From NCBI GenBank assembly GCA_951406725.2, contig OX597819.1, positions 61,814,001 to 61,878,000 on the forward strand: DNA of 64,000 nt, given 5' to 3'. Each line of letters starts with the position of its first letter. Within the stretch, counting starts at the first letter, position 1. The notes below the pieces were generated by a model. It searched no databases and was not told where the DNA came from. It saw only the letters and a program-made list of their open reading frames with translations. Source of the DNA: Octopus vulgaris. Lineage: Eukaryota. Shown here piece by piece: positions 54,831 through 64,000 of this stretch. Position numbers and translations under genes: made by a program.

Positions 54831-55119
54831 GTAATTTTTCAATATAGATAAAAGTACTTTACATATGTACGATTGCAAAACACACACACACGTGTGTATG
54901 TGTATATGTATATATATATAGAGAGAGCAGCTCAATGCAGTCTTCAGACCTATTGGACCCTGCCAATCCAACCACCCCATGCCACCAAATTACACACTCT
55001 CTCTCGCTCTCATTGGATTGTGTGACTGTCACACATGTTGTCAAAGAGGAGAAATTTCCCCGGAGACTGTTTCTACACTGACACATCTTCCCAAGCTCAA
55101 GCTTACATGAATGTGTTAA

Positions 55120-55341
55120 CCCTTCACCACTTAAACTAGCCATATCCAGCCCAAATATTTTACCAGTTTTATATTCAAACTGGCCAGATTCAGCTTCGCA
55201 CACTTACCCTGCAATGTCATTCTAAAAATATACAACCATGCCATTGAAATTTCCAAGCTATTAGATAATGCATGATTAATTCAACAGAGTGAATAAAGAA
55301 GCATTACATTACGAGTAGACAGTAATCTGAATGCCAAAGGG
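55120..55341. mobile_element. piggyBac-like MITE
   Basis: TTAA-CCCTT...AAGGG-TTAA ends; a related 3' fragment lies at about 49930-49998. Confidence 0.8.
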
Positions 55342-55403
55342 TTAAATATCACTGTACAGGAATATATTTTATTCAAAGCTACTTCACGCAACTCTGTTCA
55401 GAT

Positions 55404-55558
55404 CAATGGTTCTCAGCCAATTTTTGATAGAACCTTCACACCTGTTGAATATATCGAAAGATGGTTAAAATATTTTATGCATTGTCGGAGTATAACCAAT
55501 TTATTGTGTGTAAATTTTAACAGCAAAATCTTATATGGACCCCAGTTGAGAAACCCTG
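55404..55558. mobile_element. hAT-like MITE
   Basis: Ends CAATGGTTCTCAGC and GTTGAGAAACCCTG; degenerate 8-bp target-site duplication GTTCAGAT/GTTTAAAT; related copy at about 1330-1525. Confidence 0.75.
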
Positions 55559-56484
55559 GTTTAAATGATTTAGTATGTTTAGTACTCTTTTAGCGACGGT
55601 GTATGAGCTAGTGCAATGGTCCACAGACCTCTGGTGGTCCACAAAGATAGTACTGTGGGTCTGTGAACATGTTAAGTTGACAGACTTTTCAGTATCCTGG
55701 GAAAGGGGGAAAACTCATTTAAATAAAAGGGGTCCTTGGTAGTGAAAAGGTTGGGAACCATTGACCTATTGGTTAGGGTGCTGGGTTCACAATAATAATG
55801 CCGTGAGTTTGATTCCTGGGCTAAGCATTTCATTTCTTGCTACTTCAGTTGACTTGGCTGAAAACGAGCCCCAGCCTAGCTGTCACATTCTGTATGTTCC
55901 ACTGGGTTCAGGGATGGAAGGGCAAAAAGCAAGTCTATACTTGCTTGCAGTTATAGGGCATGCTGGCAGAATCATTAGAACACAAAGACGGATGAAATGC
56001 TGTTCAGCGTTTTACCTGGTGTGCTGAGTTCAAATTTTGCCTTTCATTCTTTCTGGGTCACCAGTTGAGTCCTGGGTTCAATGTAATTGACTAATCACCT
56101 CCCCTGCAATTGCTGACATTCTGCCAAAATTTGAAGCCACTATTATTAGCACTCTGAAGGTGGCAAAGCTGACAGAAGTGTTAGCATGCTGGGCATAACA
56201 CTTAATGGTATTTTGTCCAGCAGAGGTCAACTCTGCCTTTCGTCTTTTCAGAGTTCAACTCAGGTGTTGATGTAATCAACTTATCCGCTCCCTAGAAAAT
56301 TGTCGGCCTTGTGCCAAAATTTGAAATCAGTTACACAGCTACTGAAAAACAATTAACAAAAGCATGGTACATGCTTTAAGATCATACTCACTTTTGAATG
56401 ACTACTAGGGTTTCTTTTTTGTTTAGTATTTTTTATATTTGTTTATTCTATTTTAGATCTTATCTCCTATTCAAATATGTTGAC

Positions 56485-56527
<43 letters not shown>

Positions 56528-56893
56528 ATTATTTTACTTTCTTTTGACATTTGAATCGGTAGGAAGTCTGTGCCACCTACTTCTATCAGCTCTACCAATC
56601 TTAAAACTCTACCCTCTTACTTATCAACTGATTATAACCATGTTTACATATTTCTGCTTCAAGTAATTCCAAAATCATATTTGCTTTCATTTGTGCCAAC
56701 TTAAGAAAAAGTCCTTCCTAGTTTCTTAAAGGAAGCCAAAATAGCTTTCCTGTTAGAAGTCTATTTAAAGTTCTTGAGTGCTTCTCTTACATTAATTATA
56801 TTCACTTGTGTGTTTTCTCAAAATGCTGGGTGTTTCAGCTTTTAACAAACCTAGCTACTGCTCTCTTCATAGTCTAATTCCATTACTATATAC

Positions 56894-57180
56894 TAATGGT
56901 TCCCAAAGTGGGCGATACTGCCCCCTTGGGTGCAGTGAAAAGATCCAGTGGGGTTTTGAAGAAAAGTGGGGTGATAATGGGATGACCAAAATAAGGTGAA
57001 AGATGTAAAAAAAAATATATATTAATAGGTTGATTAGGTTTAAGTTTTATTTGTGAAATACAGTTTTGAATTTGCTGCAGAAAGTGGTCTATAGTTGTGG
57101 TAGGGAGGGTGAGGTGGGGCACTAGGAATGTGGCCCAGGTACCAAGCGGGTGACAGCCTGAAAAAGTTTGGAAACTACTG
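56894..57180. mobile_element. hAT-like MITE
   Basis: Ends TAATGGTTCCCAAA and TTTGGAAACTACTG; partial target-site duplication CTATATAC/CTATGAAG. Confidence 0.7.
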
Positions 57181-57536
57181 CTATGAAGTTGGACCTTCAC
57201 ACCAGCTTCCAAAATGATATCACAGTATTGTGTCCAGTACAGCTTAGATAGATTCCAGTAGGAAATAGCACTATGAAATTCTTTTTAGCACACCAGTAAG
57301 GTTTTTTTTTTTTTTTTTTCCCCCTCTGTTTGTTATTTTATTTTATTTCTCAAAATATGACTTTCCTTTTCCTGCTGTTGGTATTAAATGATGTAATACA
57401 TTGTCTAACCAATGTTTCAGTTGGTGTTGTGACATACGTTGAATATCATGATCATCAGATTGATTCTTGTTTCTATTAGTTATCTGCTATTACTACTGCT
57501 AATAATAATAATAATAATAACAATCCTATCTACTAA

Positions 57537-57966
57537 AGGCACAAGGCCTGAAACCTTGGGGGAGGGGGCTAGTCGATTACATTGACTCCAGTGCATAACT
57601 GGTACTTATTTCATCGACCCCCCCCCCCCCCTAAGGATGAAAAAAAAGTTGACCTTGATGGAATTTGAACTCAGAGCGTAAAGACGAACAAAATACCACT
57701 AAGCATTTTGAATAGTAATAATAATAATAATAATAATTATAATAATAATAGCAATGATAATCATGATAAATGCAAGCTGGCACAATTGTTAGCATGCTGG
57801 GCAAAATATTTAGCCGCATTTCATCTGTCTTTATGTTCTGAGTTCAAATTCTACCTTGGTCTGCTTTGCTTTTCTTCTCTTCAGGGTCGATAAAATAATA
57901 CCAGTTGAATACTAAGGTCAATGCAATCGACCTATCCCCTGCCCTGCAATTACTGGTCTTGTGCCA
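57537..57966. mobile_element. head-to-head pair of family B SINE-like copies separated by (AAT)n
   Basis: GAATTTGAACTCAGAGCGTAAAGAC (minus copy) pairs with GTCTTTATGTTCTGAGTTCAAATTC (plus copy); GGCACAAGGCC pairs with GGTCTTGTGCC. Confidence 0.8.
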
Positions 57967-58935
57967 AAGATTTGAAATCATTATTTATCTTTTCAAAAAG
58001 GGTGGGGATTAGTGGAGTTCTTAGAGTATCAGACAAAATGCTTTAGCAATGTTTCTTTGGTTCTTAACATTTTGGGTTCAAATCCCGTTGAGGTCAACTT
58101 TTGCCTTTCATCCTTTTAGGATAAAGTAAAGTACCAGTTGCTTACTTGTCCTATATCATCAATGAATTCCCTCCCACCAAAATTGAGGGCTTATGTTTTG
58201 TGCTTCAATTAAAAACAAATGAAAATGTAAACATTTACATTTAACATGTAAAATGCACTGGCAATAGTACCACATAAAAAACGCTGGTAGTGGTTGGCTT
58301 TTGGAAGGGCATCCAGCTATAGAAACCGTGCCAAAAAGGACAATGGAACTTGATGCTGCTCCTGGCCTTGCCAGCTCTTGTCAAACTGTCCAACCCATGC
58401 CAGCATAAAAAACAGTCCTTAAGTAATGATGATGATGATGATGGTGATTATGCTTGTGTACACTCAAATATGGAGAGGATTTTGCTACAGTAACTGTAAT
58501 GAAAGGGAAATTCTCCTTATAGACAATGTGTATGGACATTCTTAAATTATACAATGTGTGCTGGATATATCTTATGCTACTGGCACTAGAAAGGTTGTAC
58601 CATGAGAAGAGGACAAAAGGATTTTCTTTGTCTTGTATCATTTCTTGTTTATTGTTACACCTCTCCTTGTCAGTAATGTGTGATAATAAAGCTTTCCGAG
58701 ATGTTTAGAACAGCAATAAAACATTACACCAACTCTCTATAGTAACAGGGTATATATTACAACCTTAACATCACTATAAACAAAATTATTGATTCAGTTT
58801 GTTTAAAATTGAAAGAAAAAAAAACCTTGATTTCTCATCTAACCTTACAAGGTAATAATATTAATTGTGAACTTTCTGTTTTCTTTGTTCATTTGACCAG
58901 CTATTCATATTTTCTCTCTTTTCTCTGATTTACAG

Positions 58936-59021
58936 ATATGGTCAACTCAGTGAAGCCAGATGAAAGATCTGTTATGGCTTATGTATCCTCTTACTACCAC
59001 GCTTTCTCTGGTGCCCAACAG
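58936..59021 (+). CDS. Actn: alpha-actinin coding exon, end of CH2 (86 nt, phase 1 to 0; vertebrate exon 8 equivalent)
   Basis: tttacAG acceptor, GTacaa donor. (D)MVNSVKPDERSVMAYVSSYYHAFSGAQQ. Confidence 0.97.
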
Positions 59022-60484
59022 GTACAATCACTTCTTTTCTATTGACTTTCCACTAGCCCTTCTCCTCTTAATTACTCGACCAGTTACGCGAGTTAACCCA
59101 ATCAGCTTTACTCTCTTGTCTTCATAAAAGATCAGCTTAGTTGAAGGCAGCCATAACATATTGTTTTGTCAATAATCCAGCACAAGCTGCCTGTTTATTT
59201 TATAGCTGACAAACACTTAGCATCTGTACAACGTTTCAAGCATTGATCTTGTAGCCCAGTTTGCAGTTATAAATCAACTGCTAGTCTTCTGATTCCCACC
59301 TCCCTTTTAATGTTATTTAAAAGGTCCTTATAGAAAAAAATATTCATAAGACACAGCCCTTCTTTTTCTGCTTTTGATAAAGTAACACAGTTTGTTTATT
59401 TTTATTTAGAGTATGAAAGAAAAGGCTGCAATCTGTTGCACATTACATTATGACATACACGTCATTGATTGCAGTACAATTACGCGTGTATGATTGTATG
59501 TAGTTAGTAATATTAGAAGCTCTAGATTGTATATATGAGATAAATACTGATGGCTGTCCTACCACGTTAGCTTTGACATTGTGTCAACTTTTACCATGTG
59601 TTTTCTTCTCATGCCCTCCTCTGTGGCCTTTCTAACACCACCCTTTCTGTTACAGCAGTGTGACTTTCCTGTCAATATAATAAGAAAACCTCTCAAAGTC
59701 ACATAGATGATGTTACAAAAGTGTATTCATTAAAATTATTGCAACCATTTTAATTTTTTAACTGGTACTATTAATTTCTGGTTTAAATTTTATTTGATTT
59801 CTTCAATGTGCAAAAATATTATGATGTGCAAAATCTTTCTGGCTCAACTAAAATGCATCAGGACATTGAATTCTTGAGTACATATAACTCGGATAACATT
59901 AAAATAATTTGGATATATATATCTCATGGAGTTTTATATTTAAATATTGTTATCTTGAAAATGCTTTGCAATGAACACAACACAACACAATAATTGGCCA
60001 TTTATGAACAAGAGCCTTTAAATTGTGCACAGTTCAAATAAATGCTTTAAAATATTTTGACACAGTTTTCCTTTCTGTACTGGTTGCATATGTGTATGCA
60101 CATACACAATGGACTCTCCTGTCATAAACAACAGATGAGGGTTCTGCAACTTCTTGTTGACCTACACAGAGGATTTGTTTGTGCTCTACACGAGTCCACC
60201 CCCCATCAAATATCACATTGCCACACATCAGATGCCAAAGTAATCACTGAGCAACATAAAAGAAAGTACTTTGCTCAAGAACACAGCACTCTGCCTGGTC
60301 CAGGAATTGAAACCTCACTCTTGCAATCTTGAGTGCCGCAACCTAACCATTGAGCTACACATATGCATGTTCGGACAGACAAATTAATGGGAACATAGCT
60401 GTAGAATCCTCATACTCTTTAGTACATTTCTTAAACATAATTATTGTTACTTGCTTGTTTAATGCTTTGAATTTTTATATGTAG

Positions 60485-60577
60485 GCTGAAACTGCTGCCA
60501 ACAGAATTTGCAAGGTACTGAAGATCAATCAAGAAAATGAGAGGCTTATGGAAGAATACGAGAAACTTGCCAGTGAT
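60485..60577 (+). CDS. Actn: alpha-actinin coding exon, neck and start of spectrin repeat 1 (93 nt, phase 0 to 0)
   Basis: tatgtAG acceptor, GTaagt donor. [31 protein letters not shown]. The gene continues past the window end. Confidence 0.98.
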
Positions 60578-61899
60578 GTAAGTCATAAAAGATACAACTT
60601 CTTCTTTATCTCTTTATCTATATGTCACAGGATAGTATCTGTCAAGTTGGATCTGGTGAAACATAATAAAGGGATAGACTCTTCTTGATGGTTCTTTTCT
60701 TTGTTTAAAACATTTGTGAACACTGAAATGTTGAAAGCCCTTTGCTGCAGAAGCTGTCTTGAAGGAGAAATTCTCCTTATAGACAATATGTGTAAAAAAA
60801 ACTCACCACTGGGCTATAAATGAGGTCATTGAACCATAGGACATGTTTTTCTGCATTATCTTTATCAGCTATGGATACCAGATCTGTTCTTATATTTAAA
60901 CAGTAAATAGTAAATTTGCTGATGTGTGCAAAACTGTTTCAAGCAGGAATTAATTAACTAACACCACACTAATCAGCATTGATTGAAATATAGGTGTGTA
61001 CAGTTATGTTTAACATGTTTGTGTACACTCAAATGTAAAAAGATTTTCACTGCAGAAATTGTCTTGGGAGAGGCATTCTCCTTGTAGATAATGCATGTGA
61101 GGAATGTACCATTAAGCTATGAATGATAACATTTCACTATTGTTGAGTTGCCATATTATCATGCAACACTTCATCTGTATTGCCATGCTGACCTGTAAAG
61201 ATTAAGCCATACTGTCAGCAGTGGTCAGTAGAGATAATTGTATCGTATCAGGACAATTCTCCCTGAAGTCAACTTTCCTCAGGATAATTACCCACCTTGG
61301 TTAATTACCCCCCCCCCTCCAATATATTACGAAGTTTTAAATCATCATCTGTTGTCCATGGTGAGGGTAAATGTCCTAGACTCAATTGTATCATGTGAAC
61401 TCAGCAAGCAACATTTTGACATCTCTCACATTCAGAAGTAAATACTGAGTTCTGGCGTAAGCTGAAAGCCAAAGGTTATTGAATTTGTGACATTCATGCT
61501 TTTCATTAGAGCAGTGATGACAGAAATGAAATGGACAGTCACTAACTGAGGAATCAAGAATGATGTCTTGGATTTAACACATATAGGAGCCTTACTCTTT
61601 AACCACCAACACTTTAAATATTAACCCTTTAATGGCAAAAATTAAATTTCATGTTTATTTCAGTAATGTTGTTAAATATCAATTGAAAAAATAGAAATGG
61701 TGTTTTCTGCAAGTCCCATTTCCTCAATAAACTTCACATATCTCAACAAAAGATAGATTGGTATATAAAACTGCTTTCTGCAGTTAAGTTAATGAAATAC
61801 CAATGTAAAAGAGTTAACGAAATAAATGAGAATTTTTCTTTCTTTACAAACTACAAGTGGATATGGCTTTAGGAATAATTTTAAATTCTTGTCAACATA

Positions 61900-62341
61900 G
61901 GCACAGGAGTGACTGTGATAAGTAGCTTGCTTATCAACCACATTGTTCTGGGTTATCACAGGAGTGACTGTGATAAGTAGCTTGCTTATCAACCACATTG
62001 TTCTGGGTTCAGTCCCACTGCATGGCACCTTGGGCAAGTGTCTTCAACTATAGCCTTGGGCCAACCAAAGCCTTGTGAGTGGATTTGGGAGGCAGAAACT
62101 GAAAGAAGCCCGTCGTGTGTGTATATATATGTATGTATGCATTTGTATGTCTGTATTTGTCCCTCCAACATCACTTGACAACCAATGCTGGTGTGTTTGC
62201 ATCCCCATTACTTCACAGTTCAGCAAAAGAGGCTGATAGAACAAGTACTAGGCTTACAAAGAATAAATTTTAAGATTGATTTGCTTGACTAAAGGGTGCT
62301 CCTGCCTGGCCACAGTCAAATGACTGAAACAAGTAAAAGAA
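61900..62341 (+). mobile_element. SINE family A with a tandem-duplicated 5' head (55-bp period)
   Basis: CACAGGAGTGACTGTGATAAG...TTCTGGGTT occurs at 61902 and 61957, followed by a complete family A body. Confidence 0.9.
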
Positions 62342-64000
62342 TATATATATTTTTTTTTCTTTATTTAAATACAATCTTTTGTTTATATATTACTGATTTA
62401 ATCTAAAATTTAATAATAGATACATGTTCATTTTTACTAACTTATTGCATCAGTTTTCTTTCCATTCTGTCATGAGTTGATTGGGTGTTTTATTGTCAGG
62501 TTAATAGGTTAAGTGCATAAATTGATAGAGCAAGGGCTTTATGGTTGATTACTTTCCTATATGTCAGTCAACCATGAAGTAGCATATGCTGTTCTGTAAG
62601 CTAGACTTGTCAACCAACTTAACTTTCTCTTTTCACAAAGAGCTATTTCGTGGCCTCTGGATCATTAGCATTGTGCTTAGTATCTTGACTATACACTATT
62701 ACAAGTGAAAGTATTAAATATCATTGTTAGTTTATTACTAGTAATCGTAGTAGTTGCGCCATGGATTGGTTATGGTTGTAGTAGTTAAACAAATTCTGCT
62801 GCATTGTGGTGACTAATGAGAATGCTTGCTGGGGAACCTTTTAAGCTGGAGAACAGCTTTAAGCAACTTTCAGAATGAACATATGTCATATTTTAGCGTC
62901 AGCCAAACTATTTGTGAAATGGAAATCAAGATCACTATCTCCATTTGCTATTGTTGCTACGCCTACAACTATTTACTATTTGTGAGACATTAAAGGGAGT
63001 TGGTTAACGCTTTCCAAACTAAAAGCAGTTAGCCATTGAGTTGTTCGTCAAGTTTACTGTCTGCTTTACTGCTCTACTTAATGTGACACATTAGAGATAA
63101 TAATCAGAAGAGATGCCAGTTTGCCACAGAATAAAAAAGTTGGTCATAAACAACTTAATGAATTCTTATTCTGGAAGACTATCATAAATTTTTATACCTC
63201 TGCCTCACTCATTCCTACCCACCTTGAAGATCCACTGTGACACCTCGTTGCCTTTTTTTTTTTTTCCTTACACTCCAGCTCCACTCTCCTGACCCTTTCT
63301 TCTAAAATGTGAGTCATCAAGCAGCTTCTTCACAGCAAGGAACCTGTTGTACTCCAGCTCTTTTCTCTCTCTTAAGACTTCACAGCCTTGCAAACTGCAC
63401 AGTGAGGTTAGGGTAGTACTGGTGGCTTGAAACCAGCACCCAGTACATGCAGTAAAGTGGTTATCATTTGGAAGGGCACCCATCTGTAAAACTATGCCAA
63501 AACAGACACCAGAGCACACTATCCTTGGGCCCATCAAATCCTGTCAAGCCATCCAACCCATGCCAATATGGAATATGGACATTAAAACATGATGCTGGTG
63601 TATGAGATTGTTTAATGTCCTTATCTCTCTCAAAGGGATGAGAAACAAAGCTGAAATGAGATGGGTGCCATGCAGAGCAGGGCTGTGTGCTTAACAAGTT
63701 GACTTTTGCAACCATTTGGTTTGATTTTTGACAGTTATTGGCCCATTGGAAAACTGTAACCAGTCACAGTAACACTTGTCATTCACTAAAATCAAAATGG
63801 AATATAAAATAAACAGGAATTGAAACTAGGTCACTGGCTATTCAACTCCATATTTCCTCTTGCACTCGACATCAATAACTTTATACTTTAAACAGAAATT
63901 TGAGTGCATATATGTATAAATGTGCTTGAACATATCATTTTTCTTTTTTTTTTTTTTTTCTTTTCCTGTAGCTGTTCATAGTTTTTAATTCTAGAAATGA

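Noticed and set aside
63972-64000. Pyrimidine tract plus TAG at the window end as the next Actn exon
   Set aside because: It reads LFIVFNSRN, not the expected LLEWI-type continuation of spectrin repeat 1.

Overview
AT-rich eukaryotic DNA packed with tRNA-derived SINEs, MITEs and microsatellites; the repeat families look like those of Octopus (coleoid cephalopod), which is inferred from recall, not from a search. The whole window lies inside one + strand gene, alpha-actinin (Actn). Eight short GT-AG exons between 3703 and 60577 encode CH1, CH2, the neck and the start of spectrin repeat 1; the first and later exons were not found in the window. Only one ORF in the supplied track (42168..42401) carries part of the real protein. 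Main findings: (1) a tandem pair of mutually exclusive 79-nt exons (42275-42353 and 42928-43006) giving two versions of the CH2 phosphoinositide-binding segment, with a 19-bp intronic duplex between them whose 5' arm can also pair with the first exon; (2) an exon-intron duplex over the codon equivalent to ACTN4 K255, a candidate A-to-I recoding site; (3) a candidate alternative terminal exon that would give an actin-binding-domain-only protein; (4) four hammerhead-ribozyme-like motifs, each with a lesion; (5) several long fold-back elements. All pairings were read by eye, and repeat boundaries are approximate.
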